Origin: Amoebidium appalachense
Lineage: Eukaryota > Protista > Ichthyosporea
Assembly: GCA_963693365.1 (NCBI GenBank)
Contig: CAVNZM010000013.1
Location: forward strand, 5,074,640-5,138,639
DNA length: 64,000 nucleotides
Direction of reading: 5' to 3'
Both the position numbers and the translations under genes were made by a program. The notes below the pieces were generated by a model. The model did no database searches. It had not been told where the DNA came from and was given only the letters and a program-made list of their open reading frames with translations. Shown here in pieces: positions 1 to 14,013 of the stretch; the first letter of the stretch is position 1; each line of letters starts with the position of its first letter.

Positions 1-14
1 ACACACACACACAG

Positions 15-183
<169 letters not shown>

Positions 184-266
184 CTCTTCAACCTCCTCAT
201 ATTCCCACTCTCCGACATAAATAATAAATTTATCCAAACATTGATTTATAAAATAAATATATACAG

Positions 267-1336
267 GTTGGAGATGCCTTCTTCACATCGACTCTCCCAT
301 CCATCATCCGCTGGGTGGCGCGCATTCCCGAGCTTTTCATTGGCTCAGACACGCAACCCGTTTCGTCGGAGCCGATCAAAGGGCCCCCCGTGCTTGTGGC
401 CGGCCGGCCAGGTCACATTTCCCTCACGTGCTCTCAAGCCACGTCCCTATTGGCTCACATGTTCCTGTGTCTACCAATCAGATACGTCGGACCTGGTGCG
501 GAAAACCTCGACATGCCATATGCGATCAATTTCTCGCCGCTTTTTGCTAAAGAGTCGCCGTGGGAGATGGCTAAGCTCAAGTGTTTTGTTCACTTCTTTG
601 AAAGGATGGCTGTGTATGAGCGTGGTGGTGACCAGGTATGCATACGATTATGTTCCAATATCCTAGGAGCCTACATGCTGCTCATATTCTTCCTCCCCTC
701 CTCTCCTCTCCCCCACCCCCCCCCCCCTCCCCCCTCCCTCCGACTTCCACTCTCACTCCCCCTTTTCTCCTACCCTCCCTCCCTCTCTGCCCCCCCCTCC
801 CCCCCCCCCCCCAAACACACACACACCCGTGGAACTCCGCCCACCCCAGCCCCCCTGGTCGCAGTTTCCATGTTACGCACGCTTTTCTGTGACCCCCTCC
901 ATCCCTATATGATCAGCTGCTATTCCCAACCAACCAACCCCCCCCGTCCCCCCCTTCTCTCTCTCTCTCTCTTCCTTTGTGCCACCTTGTTTTTTCACTT
1001 GACACTGCAATCTTCCAAGGAACTCTTCATATAAAAATAAGCATGTGACCCATGTCCTTGGTAGCCCCCCCCCCCCCCCCCCCTCCCCCCCCCCCCCCCC
1101 CCCCCTTCCTCTCCTTGTGGCTCCCGTTAGTTCACTTCCCTTCCTCCCTAGCACTCCAGCTCTCCATCCAAAAGAATCCATCCAGCGGCTGATAACTTTT
1201 GTTATTTTTATGTGGGCAATGGGGGAACGTTGACGGAATAAAGGGGAGGCTGGAGTCCAAGTTTCATGGTTATACGGGTAGGAATTTGTGGGATCTACAA
1301 ATACCTTTATTCTTTTGTTTTGTGCTGCGTCAATGT

Positions 1337-1367
<31 letters not shown>

Positions 1368-1456
1368 GAGGGGAGGGAAGGGGGGGAGAGACGGGGGGGG
1401 AGAGCCGGAGGGGGCGCGGGGGGTGGGGGGTGAGGGGGGAGGCTACAACAAGTGTG

Positions 1457-1527
<71 letters not shown>

Positions 1528-1702
1528 GTGTATGTGTGTGTGTTGGGGGGGTCAGGGGCAGGGGGGGGGTAGGAGGGGAGACAACACATCACACACGGGC
1601 ACCCACAGACACAGCATTAATTGTTGTTATTTTGTTGCGTATCTCCAGGAGTCTTTCCGCCGTGAAGTGTTGTATTTCGTGTTGTGTTTCCACATTCTAA
1701 CA

Positions 1703-1733
<31 letters not shown>

Positions 1734-1845
1734 AAACCCCCCCAAAAAAAACAAAAAAAACACATACCCCCCTCCCCCCCCCTTGTTTCAGTTCTCTTCC
1801 TCCAAGTATTTGTCCTCTTCTTTTGCCGAACCACACATACTCATA

Positions 1846-1934
<89 letters not shown>

Positions 1935-2444
1935 GCCCACACAGACACACACACAGACACACACACACACATTATGCCCCTCCCCCCCTCCCTCCCTCCC
2001 CCCCCCCCCCCCCCCCCCCCCCCGCCTACACAAACACACTTCCCCCCCTCTCCCCCCCCCCCCCCCCCCCCCCCCCCACCTCCACCCACAGACATCCCCA
2101 ACGGGCTACATCCATTACCGCCGTGTCAGTTTACCCTCCTCTGGCTTGGACGCATCTGATTGGGTGGCTTGTTCTGCTCCACTTACCCCCCTGACCGTGA
2201 AGTCATCGGGGGGCATTGATGATGCAGTCGGGTGGCTCCAGGCGGACTTTGCAAACAAGTAAGGGCGTACGCGATGTAGACTAACTAGACTAACTATAAT
2301 AGCTTCTGCAGAGGTTGCAATCACATGATAGTAAAGATGAATGGTTGGGTGGGTAGGCTCAGCGGGCGATGTGTGTGTGTGTGTCTGTGGTGAGGAGTGA
2401 AAGGTAGGTGTGTTTGAGCTTGTGTTTGCGTGTGATGGGGAGCG

Positions 2445-2540
<96 letters not shown>

Positions 2541-3271
2541 TGGTGGTGGTGGTGGAAGGGGCGGGTGGGGGTGGGGGAGGGCGGGGAGGGGGGGGGGGGG
2601 GGGGGGGGGGGGGAGGGGGGGAGAGAGAGATTTGGTCACAGATAAAAGCCATCTGTTGTTGTGACGCGCGGCACACACACATACACATACACACACACAC
2701 TCATACACACACACACACGCACACACATATAAAAGCACACACACCCTCTCTCAGCCTTGCCCTCTCCCCCCCCCCCCCACCCCCCCCCCCCCCACCCCCA
2801 CCCCCCTGCCCCTCTTGCTATCTCAGATGTGGTACATCCTATTTCCTGTTGCATCAGCACCCCCCCCCCTTTTCGCTTTCACATTGACGGAAATTCCATA
2901 AATTTCCATTAAAAATATCGCTGGGTGGGTTGCTTTGGGTTGCTTACCATAAGACCCCCCTTCAGGTGCATAGGTGGGGGGGTTCTAGTTGGGGGCTGTG
3001 TGCAGGAGGAAATTCGATTTGCCGTCAGCCCCGTGGCCACTGTGTCTCTGTGTCTGTGTGAGACTATGGGGGACTGTGAAGCCGTGAGGATTGCTGGACT
3101 CGAATACTTTTCCTACTGCAAGGTGTGTTGGAGCCCCCCCCCCCCCCCCCCCCCCCCCCAACCTCCCCCTCCCCCCTCCCCTCAACCCCCCCCCCTCCCC
3201 CTTTCTTTCCGCCCCTACTGCCTCTCTTTGCCCACGACCGGCCATCAATCCTCCCCCCCCTCTCCCCCCCT

Positions 3272-3305
<34 letters not shown>

Positions 3306-3401
3306 CCGTCTATAACCCCCCTTCTTCATCTCTCTTGCGGCTTTTGACCCTGCTACACACACGCGCACACCCTTCTCGACCCCCCCCTCCCCCGCTTCTT
3401 T

Positions 3402-3432
<31 letters not shown>

Positions 3433-3552
3433 CCCCCTCACTTAGAATGGGCTCTGATTACTCATGCTATTTACCTTTGTGCATCATTGAGAAAATCATG
3501 GTGTCAGTGGCTCCGTGGTGTGGTGAGATTGTAGGCATATTGTTTATTGGAT

Positions 3553-3585
<33 letters not shown>

Positions 3586-3680
3586 TTGGCCCACCACTTT
3601 GCCACCACTACTATCAGCAACCAGCTACCCAACACCTTCCACCCCAAGCATTACCACAACACACAATTCCCGCCCATTCT

Positions 3681-3716
<36 letters not shown>

Positions 3717-4310
3717 ACCCTTTCCCCGGCCACCACTCCACCCCCTCCTCCTCATTCCCCCTCCCCTCCTCAACCCAGAGCTTACTCTCACCCCCTCTCC
3801 TTCCCCCCCTCCCCTCCCCCCCCCCCCCTCCCCCCCCCCCCTTGTCTCCTCTTAGTTTGGACCAATGAAACAAACCTTCTTTGCAGGGTTACGGTCCCAC
3901 GCTGCAATATGGTGGTGACGTCATCGACAAAACTGAGCGCTGGCCGAGCGGAACATTCCGGAACGTACTGACCGCAATGGATGCTTTGGTGCTGCGAGGG
4001 TGGAATTTAACGGACCAATTGGAAGACCCCGTTATGACACGGGAGGCGGGTAAAGCGTATACCGCGTTCGGCGAGCACGTGCAAGAAAATGTAATTGATT
4101 GGGGGGGTTCACTAAGTGGCATAAATGTTTTGGAGCAGGGGGTGTGGAGGGAGGAGGAGAGGCCTCGTGAGGAAGGGGTGTCGACGGGAAATTGGGGATG
4201 TGGGGCTTTTGCAGGAAATGTGGAGGTGAAGAGCATGGTGCAGTGGATGGCGGCTGCTAGGTGTGTGCTTTGAACCCGCCCTCCCCCCCCCCTCCCCCCT
4301 CCCCCCCCTC

Positions 4311-4341
<31 letters not shown>

Positions 4342-4915
4342 ACATCCCCCATCTCCCCGGTGCAGTGGATGGCGGCTGCTAGGTGTGTGCTTTGAACCCG
4401 CCCTCCCCCCCCCCTCCCCCCTCCCCCCCCCCCCCCCCCCCCCCCCCCACACACACACACATCCCCCCATCTCCCCCCCCCCCCCCCCCCCGGCACCCCC
4501 CCCCCCCCCCCGGCACCCCCCCCCCCCCCCCCCCCCCGGGGCGCCCCCCTAACCCTCACCACCCTTTTCCCCATGTTTTGAATCTTCCATCACCCGTGAT
4601 GTTAGACCCCTCTCTCCGCAGCTGTTTGTCCTAAAATTCTTGGGTTCTGCCTATAATGCGTGTGCTGCGCGAGCGTCCCTTTTTTTTTTAACATGGTATT
4701 CATCCCACCGTATTGTCCGTTTGAGTATCTGTACTTGTTGCATTCTACCCCCCCCCCCCCCCCCCCTCCCCGTGTGTAACTTGTCACACCTCCCTTCCTT
4801 TCTTTCCCAGCTTCACCTGGTTTCCATCTTCGAAATCTAAGAGCCCCCCTCCCCCCCCCCCCCCCCCCCCCCCCCTCCTCCTCCTCCTCCTCCTGCCTCC
4901 CCCCCTCCCCCCCCC

Positions 4916-4946
<31 letters not shown>

Positions 4947-5241
4947 CAAAAAAAAAAAAAAACATCCCAGCCATTTCCTTGATGTTTTTGGGTACCCCTC
5001 ATCTCGTGCCCTTCTGCGATGCAGGTGCGGGAAGAAAGTCCGATACTACACATTCGACCGGAACGCCGAGTTCCAGAAACGACTGGAAGGAATTTCAGTG
5101 CTATGCATGCAGAAGGGAGTAACTGTAGGTGGGTTGTGGGGGGCTATTGTGGAGTTTAGAGAGACCAAACTGAAAACTGGGAGGGAGAATTTGGGTGACG
5201 AGAGCCTTCTTCGGTATCTGATTGGAAAATTTGGTGAATGA
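267..5241 (+). CDS. PARG: Poly(ADP-ribose) glycohydrolase, 5'-partial (earlier exons lie outside the window)
   Basis: Phase-consistent GT-AG exons 267-635, 2092-2258, 2966-3122, 3887-4260, 5025-5241 (TGA). The spliced product has PARG motifs: [43 protein letters not shown] (GGG-x-QEE catalytic signature), AMDAL, REAGKAYTAF, STGNWGCGAFAG, QWMAAA, YYTF. Confidence 0.95.
4237..4478 (+). repeat. Tandem duplication (about 122 bp) spanning the PARG exon 3887-4260 splice donor
   Basis: GGTGCAGTGGATGGCGGCTGCTAGGTGTGTGCTTTGAACCCGCCC plus the C/CA tail occurs at 4237 and again at 4359. Confidence 0.9.
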
Positions 5242-5353
5242 GAGAGTCGATATATGCATGGCATAGTTTGTTTGCTGACATTACGGTTGTATGTTCGTTT
5301 CTAGACCGTTCTATATATATATATATATATATAAGGCTGTAGGTGTACTTTTA

Positions 5354-5420
<67 letters not shown>

Positions 5421-5816
5421 TATTGTTTTTTATATGTGATACAGATTTGTTAGTAACGTACACGGGGGTTGCCCTTGGCAGTGTTTGTTCTTCTTTAACC
5501 ATCCTGGACTCTTTGGCATCTGGATGAATGGATTGCATTTTTCTTTGTCACCCCTTACTTCTTTATTATTATCATTATTTTTATTATAATATATATATAA
5601 TATCTGTTAACAGATTTACTCCAACGAAAATGCTTTTAATGATTGCTCTCCGATTCAGAATTGCTCTTGGTTATATAATTTAAATCATTTAGGAGCTTGC
5701 TACGTGTACACTTGATTATTCATGCACTACAAGTAGAACCATGCGTCATGGAAGCAACACCATATGAATACAAGTACTGCGGCTGGTTTGGTCTGTCTAT
5801 TCCTGGGTGCCGCCAG

Positions 5817-6328
5817 CTATTACGATATAAAGATTCAATAAAAACACACGAGTTTACAAGTGAACGTGCCACCGTGGACCACGGTTGCTGGGGCCAAACT
5901 GTGTTTGCAGCTGTACATAGGTACGGGCACATGTGCACAGGTGGACTCGTTGATCTACATATTAGATTGAGTATACGTAAGAGAAAGGACCGGAGATACT
6001 ACCATGATAATAATATATTGCAGGGAAAGAGAAAGACAGGCCATGCCAGATTGTACACTCATGTAGAACTATTAAGATATAAAGTTTCAATAAAAAACAC
6101 ACGATTTTACAAGTGAACGTGCCACCGTAAACCACGGTGGCTGGGGCCATACTGTGTTTGCAGCTGTACATAGGTATGGACACAGGTGCACAGGTGGACT
6201 CGTTGATCTACATATTAGATTGAGTATACATAAGAGAAAGGACCGGAGATACTGCCATGATAATAATAATATATTGCAGGGAAAGAGAAAGACAGACCAT
6301 GCCAGATTGTACACTCATGTAGAACTAG
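5817..6328. repeat. Two-copy tandem repeat, unit about 252-260 bp
   Basis: Copies at about 5817-6068 and 6069-6328 are colinear with scattered substitutions, e.g. ACAAGTGAACGTGCCACCGT, GGTGGACTCGTTGATCTACATATTAGATTGAG and CCATGCCAGATTGTACACTCATGTAGAACTA in both. Confidence 0.93.
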
Positions 6329-8094
6329 TAACCACAACTTGGCAATATTGCACGGGCTTCCCCCCATTCACCCCCCCCCCCCCCCCCCCCCCCCCCCACC
6401 CACCCCACCCCCACCCCCACCCCCCCAGCCCCCCCCCGACCCCCAGGGCCCCCATGGCCACCCACCCACCCACCACCCACATGCACCCCCCGAGGCCCCA
6501 ACCAGGCCCTTGATGATCATTGATCATCATCACTAGTATTGAAACACATACACTGGGACACAGGCATGCCGCAAAGCAGCGAGCCACGCAACTATAAGGG
6601 CTCCGGTGTGTATATCACCCATGTAATCTTGTGATGTGTGGCCCAGAGGATACACCAGCTACTAGGGGGGGCAATTCCAGGAGTCACACAAACATGCATA
6701 ACTACTACTGTTGCCGAGGAGGAAGGCAGCTCAGTGGCGCAATAAAAAAGTGTGTGTGGAAGCGTGTAGATAAATAACTATGTGTGCGGGGCCATGTAGC
6801 GAGTGCCTATACAGCTCCTGATATAGGAATACTAGAATCATAGAGTTTATATGTAATGCAGAGTGAAAGAACATATGGACACAGGACGAATCCTTACTTG
6901 GGTATTTATTCAGCTCGTAGGAAAGGCTTGCCTCGGCAGGTAGCATGACACAAAGGTACATGTTAAAGGTTCTGCACGTGGCTGGACAATAATCCATTTA
7001 TCCTAGGCTGTTCATTATACAAAACATGACTTGATATGAGAGAGTGTACAGTTGCTAATATTACTAAGTATTATTAATGATTACTAATAGTATGAAAGTC
7101 TAGTGTATGATGAATATTAAAGTAGAGTTAACAGTCTTATCTACCAAGTATTGAAATCAGTCGAGTTCTGTCCAGTCATGAAGCCTCAGTCTCCTTGTAA
7201 ATGTTGAAGGTGAAATGAAGACCTCGCAGTATTTGAAGTGTTGAAGAAGCGACTGGTTGTAGACCTGGTTTGTAGATGAATCGGAGTAGCGGCTTGTAGA
7301 CTGACTGAGTTCGACGTGACTGAGAACTGAAGCTGAACTGAAGTGACTGGCTGAGCTCGAGTGCGCGCTTTATATACTTGTGAAGAATAGCAGCTAACCA
7401 ATCGAAATTAAGATCATCATGACGTTCGTAATCTAGGATGTAAGCATGATGTAATCAACACCTAGTTCATCTTCCAATTGTAAAAGCTACACAAGTGCAG
7501 TATGTATTACGCAAGGAGCATACAGGTATTGCGACAGATTACGTAATGTAGGCTAAATATATAACTAGGTACTATGTTCGCTATATCTCTCAAGTCATGG
7601 CGTCGTTGCATCTCCGGGATCAAGACTTTGGAATAATTACATGCAAGAGTTCACTAAACGGAACCTAATTTAGACTTATTAGGAAAGTATCGAAGCGTTA
7701 CTATTCGTAATATGAGAACATTGGAATGTTACTCTAAATGTGACATTGTGTAGCCAATCAGAGTTGGACTAGCCACGTGAAATACGGAAAGGGCAGATGA
7801 CATCGGGGATTGCCCCTGCTGAGTGATTGATCAAGATCTCGCGCATATGTACAGCGTACATGAGGGGGAGAGGGTGCTTTAGAGATGATTTGGGGAGAGA
7901 GAGAGTCTACCACGTGACCATACTTGTAGCGGGCCATTGTCGTGTATATCTCAATATGCTTTATGCCTCGAGTAATCAGCGTAAATTTTTCCCCTTGTGA
8001 ATATCTATTCTGAATACGTCCTTCTTTGCGATGCACGCACACGTACACATGTGCACACACACACACACACACAGACACACACACACACACGCAT

Positions 8095-8188
<94 letters not shown>

Positions 8189-8986
8189 GGCAGTGCACGA
8201 CGGTCACGCACATTCGGATTCCGGCGCCCGGCGGACACCCGCACCGTCGCGCGTGATCGATCTTTTTTTTTCTTGTACGTTCTGATCAGCCTCTCACTGC
8301 CTGCTAAGAAAGGTTATTTCGCCATCTATTTTATCCCTGGCCTCATATGATTGGTGTTGAATACATTCCTCTTTGATAAAAATGGGGAGCTCCTCAATCA
8401 TGTTGGAATGGGTCAGCGTCTGAGAATACACGTGTGAATAGCCGGATGCAAGCTGAAACCATATTTCCCATTAAAATTGTTACTTATTTTGTAATTTAGT
8501 TCATCTACAAAGCCTCCTAGTCCTAACTGCAGGGTTTCACTTTCACATTCGAGTCGAGCTATAGTACTTTGTTTGTTTACACGTGCCCAATTCAGAAGCA
8601 TTCCTTGGAATGATTAATCCGGGCGGATTTGAGGAAACTCCTGGCCAGAGACAGCCAATCACAGACTTTTCTGATATGATTGGCTACTTCCTTCTCTCAT
8701 AAATTCTTCTAATAAAATCTTTGGGTCTTCCCCAAGTGCCCGCAGGCTGCCTGTACATAAACAAACGCACTACGGCAGAGCACCTACGTATACAGCGGAC
8801 CACTGCGCACGAGAGCTAAAATAGCGAGTTTGTAGATGCGACTTTTTGCGTGTGTGGCTGTGTGCGTATGACTCCGTTTAAAGTAAACAGCCCAAATTCG
8901 AAGGGCTAATATCTCAGTGACATCACTACTACGGTGTAGAAGTTCACAGCTGAATCATTCATTTCAAACGTTATTATCCGAAGAAA

Positions 8987-10402
8987 ATGCACGCACTCAC
9001 ATCTGCAGCACTTTTGGGCGTAGCAGCCCGCCTTGTGAACGCACAGACAGACACCTCAGGTGCTTTTTCAGTCCCCGGTTTCAGCGTAGACCCTCTGCCC
9101 ACGGGGCTTCAACTTGCAACCGCAGGCTCTGGTACGGGCATAAGTGTTGGAGGCTCCCTTCAACCAACAAGCGACCTTCTCTCGCCACAAATCACCTCGG
9201 ACCCCGCACTTCTTTTTCCAACAGACACCAACAACCCATTTCCTACTGACCCTGGGACTGGAGACGGATCAACACCCGTCGACAGTCTAAATTCTCCTTC
9301 GGTCTCGCTCGCAGTGACACCTTCGAACATTGTTCCTATCATGGAGAGCGCACCGGCGGATACTGTGTTAAGTTTAGTAGGTGGGTCGCAGACTGAGAAT
9401 TTGATTACAACAACAACCACACCAGTTGCACTTCCGGCAGAAACGGCCGCACCAACTCTCTCCATCAGTACGGTGACACAACAGTTTACTGTTACTGTAA
9501 CCCCTACCCCCACGGGGGCCATTACCCTCACCCCTTCTTCTTCTGCCTCACCGACCACCGCGGGGTTTCTCTCACCGAAGCCTACATCCAATGCATGGGG
9601 TTATTATCGCACAAGTAGAGACATCAAGGGCTCGGAGCACTGTGTAGGCGCAAACATTCAAATCGACAGCGCCGCAAATTTCAACCTGACTGCAACCAAA
9701 GCGTACAACATCACAAATGGAAATTTGGGGAAATACGTGTGGGTGATGAGTTTCAAGGAGAGCAACGGGAAGAAGAGGGACATTTATTTGGGCACACAGT
9801 CCGGGCCGGGGCAGGCCTCGTACCTTTACTTTACGTGTCCTACCCCAAAACCCACTACCACCGCCACGTCGACACCCACACCCACCTCTATTGCTAGTGG
9901 GGAAGTCTCCACAAGTGTGCCGGCTGCAGCGACAACAGCAGCACGTAAGTACTGCGAAAGAGAGTTTTATAATCTACCTATACTACCAAATAAAATATGT
10001 GTATTTTTATGTAGTGTGAGTGGGTAAAGGGGGAGACAGAACGGGTTGGCTAGATGTTAGCTTGTGCACTTCTACCCCTCTTCCCCCCCCCCCCCCCCCC
10101 CCCCCCCCCCCACCACCACCACCACCAGCACCACCACCACCACCACCACACACACCCCCACACACCATCCACCCACCCATCCATCCATCCACCCACCGGG
10201 GTCCCACCACACCCTCTTCTTTCCCCCCAGCACACAACACACCCCCAGTCACCCCCTACCGTCTTTCTATGATTATTATATATTACGGCTGTCGCCTTCA
10301 TCTGCATTAAAGGGGTGTGTGTGTGTGTTTGTGATGCTGGTGGTGGTGTTTGGTGGGTGTGGGTGTGTGCGTGTGTGTGTGTGTGTGCGTGTGTGTGTAT
10401 GT

Positions 10403-10442
<40 letters not shown>

Positions 10443-11783
10443 GGGGGGGGGGGGGGGGGTTACACGTTTAACGCATTTTTTTCTTGGGGGGGGGGGGGGA
10501 GGGGGGTTACACGTTTGGCGTATTTTTTTTTTGGGGGGGGGGGGTTTGGAGAGGGGGGGGTGAGGGGGGTGAGGGGGGAGGGTTACACGTTTGGCGCATA
10601 CTCATTTTGGAAAAGTGGGATTTGTGTGCAAATTACAACAATGCAGTCCTTCTTTCATTACGCCGCACCTGTACGGTCTCATGAACTTCGTTGAAAGAGG
10701 CTGTGTGCTATTGCACTTTGCTTGGTTTCTTTCTGTCGTTCTTTCTTTCGTTTTTTTTCCTCTCCTCCCCCCCCCCCCCCCCCCCCCCTACACACACACA
10801 CAAAATAATACTAATAATAAATAATAATGATAATGATAATAACATGATAATAATAATAATAATAAACAAACAACAACATAACACCTCCCATTTTTTGTGG
10901 AATAGACACATAACCGGCTGACACAAGCAATAACCCCTAACAGTTTTCCGTCGTCAAGCACCCACCGACACCTCTACGCTCGCTCCCTTCACCCTAGACC
11001 CAAGCCTCACCTTCCCCCTACCAACCGAAATCCCAGCGTCAACCCCCGCTACAACAGACCCCACCCTTCAACCCCCCCCTGTTGGTGGACTAGACGGCGC
11101 CCAAATTTCCTCCGGTGGGTCTGTGGGAGCCGTCACCCCTTCGGATTCTGTTTTAGCAATTCCGTCAAATCCATTGGAACCCCCCGGTGCCGAAGTTTCA
11201 GCAATTGCAGACCCCGGAGTCACACCCTTGGCTGAGCAAACCCAATCCCCCGCTACCATACCAATTGCCCTCCCGAACGGCACGCAAGCCGCAGAACCCC
11301 TCCTTGCCATCACATCCTCTGAAATTACAGATACGACCCCCCCGGCCACTGCTACAACCAGCGAATCGACCCCACCTGCAGCCACCACCACTGAATCCAC
11401 CCCCACCTCCACCTCCACCCCAACACCCACGCCGATTTCCGCTCCGGCGCCTGCTAAAGACATTCCGGCGTGCAATGTAGCAGGGAGTGACGTCATGCTG
11501 AATGGGGTGGTGACGTCATCAAAGGACGATGCGGTGGAGGTGTTTGATACCATCATTTCGAACAAGCCGTGGGGTTTTGCAAAGACCGCTTTTACGGGAA
11601 AGAATGTAAGTGGCCCACACCTACACACATGCAAATTCATACATATTAGACAGCACACAGTTACTTCTTACTCACAAAAACACATCAGCGCTTGCATCTG
11701 CGCAACTACACATGCACACACACACATACATCATCACATCTATACCTGCACCCACACAAACCTATACACATGCACGCATCCAA

Positions 11784-11818
<35 letters not shown>

Positions 11819-11839
11819 ACACACACACACCTATGCACG

Positions 11840-11874
<35 letters not shown>

Positions 11875-12448
11875 GCACGCACGCACATACACACACAGAC
11901 ACACACACACACACACACACCACACCACACCACACACCACACGTATCCACCACCCACCAATTGCAGCCGTTTTCTCACCATCCAAATCACTTGCAAAATC
12001 CACAACCTTTTCGGGAACTCTTCTAGCTCTGCCAACCCCCCCCCCCCCCCCCAACCCCCCCCCCCCCCTACCTCCCCCCTTCCCCCCCCCCCCCCCCCCC
12101 TCTCCCCCCCCCCCCCAAAAAAAAAAAAGAGGAAAAAAAAGAAAAGGGAAACAAAGAGGGAACGACAAAAAAAATTTGCACCTCAGCACCCATATCCACT
12201 CTAGCCCCCCTGCAGAGAAGCAATCACATTAAAGTCAAACTATCAAAAGAAGAGAAAATGGAAGCTTGAAGTTTGTTGGCAGCCCATAGGCTGGTATATG
12301 CTGCATATTGGGGGGGAAGGGGATGGGGGGATGGAGGGGAGAGAAAGCCGGTGAGGTGGGACGAGGCAATAAGAGAGGCCGAATGAAGAAGGATTGAGGA
12401 GGAAGAGGGGGAGGGGGGGGGGGGGGGATGTGTGTGTTTTCCTTTTGG

Positions 12449-12486
<38 letters not shown>

Positions 12487-12815
12487 GGATGAGAGGGAGA
12501 AGTAAATAGCAAGACAAAGAGAAATAGAAAGAGGGGGAGAGAAGTAAGCTCACACAAACATATACACTATCAGGCATACAATGATGCAACAGATGATGGA
12601 GATTGTCTCGACATGTCTGAAGGCACACGGCCCAACTTCAAAAATCTCCGCTACACCGCTATTGGCTATTACATTCCATCACTGAATGCAAATGCGGCAG
12701 CACGGCAGGCCCTGTGGGTGCAGGATGGAGGGAGGAAGATTTTGAAACTGAGTTTGGGCAACATGAACAGCACGGATGACCACATTGTATGTTTCCCCTC
12801 CTTCTCTCCCCCCCG

Positions 12816-12852
<37 letters not shown>

Positions 12853-13024
12853 ACACACACACACCCAACCACCACCACCACCACCACAACCACCACCACC
12901 CACCCTCTCCACACTGTGTGCACACACATACACAGAACCACACACATATACGGCAAGCAAGCACGCATCCGTGCACGTGTGTGTGTGTGTGTGCGCCCGC
13001 GCACACCTTCACATACACACACAT

Positions 13025-13117
<93 letters not shown>

Positions 13118-14013
13118 ACCACACACAAACACACTCGCTCACTCACTCATATACACACACGCACACAACCTAATCACCTAAAACTACCCTGCCCACCCCC
13201 ACCCCCACCCCCACCCGTTTGGTTGTGTTTGCACTCTCTTTTTGTATCTGTTAGATACCTCCAACTCTCCCCCCCCCCCCCCCCCCCACCCCCACCCTCC
13301 CATTCCATCCCACCTTCCTCCCCTCCCCTGCCTCCAACCCGTACATTCTCAACCCTTACCCCCCCCCCCCCCCCCCCCCCTCGGTGCCCTCATGCCTTTC
13401 CCCTCTCTCTTCTTTCTACTTACTGCCCCTCCCCACACATTCCCTCTATCTGCTCCGTTGTACCCTCCCCCATCCGCCCACCTCTTGACTTCATTGAGCT
13501 CGACAAAAGTGTGGAAATATTCGCCATCAATTTACGGTTTTTTTTATATCACAATACTAATAATCAACCCGTTTTCCCGTGCAGTCCACCCGTTTTTTCA
13601 ACCGCACGGGCTACTACCTCTTCCAAGGCGGCCAATGCCAATGGGTGGATTCGTGCGGGTACGATTGCTTCTTCTCAATTTACGACCGTCCCTACCTCCA
13701 GCAAATGGGTTCCGGAAAACAGGCCGGAATTCCCGGAATTTCCGAAAGCAAGGCAAACGGCCGGTGGGTGAACCTGTATCTCGGAAATCCCACAATGGAA
13801 AAGGTCGCGGTTTCATACCCTGGGCTCGTTGCCTTCGACAAATCCCAGAAATGGCTCACTACACAGGCGGTATTTTCGTTTGCGTCTGCGGGCGGAAGTG
13901 ATGACGTCACCCTGATGCATTTTGACCGTGTGAAGAAGGACACACCCAAGGCTACTGAATTCTCGCTGCCAAAAGAATGTGTGGGTGCCGAAAAATTCAT
14001 TAAGAAAACATAA
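8987..14013 (+). CDS. Secreted Ser/Thr/Pro-rich (mucin-like) glycoprotein with two Cys-containing globular regions, about 753 aa; function unknown
   Basis: Phase-consistent exons 8987-9944, 10944-11605, 12574-12786, 13585-14013. N-terminal signal peptide MHALTSAALLGVAARLVNA. Long S/T/P linkers and several N-x-S/T sequons. C-terminal domain ends PKATEFSLPKECVG. Confidence 0.75.
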
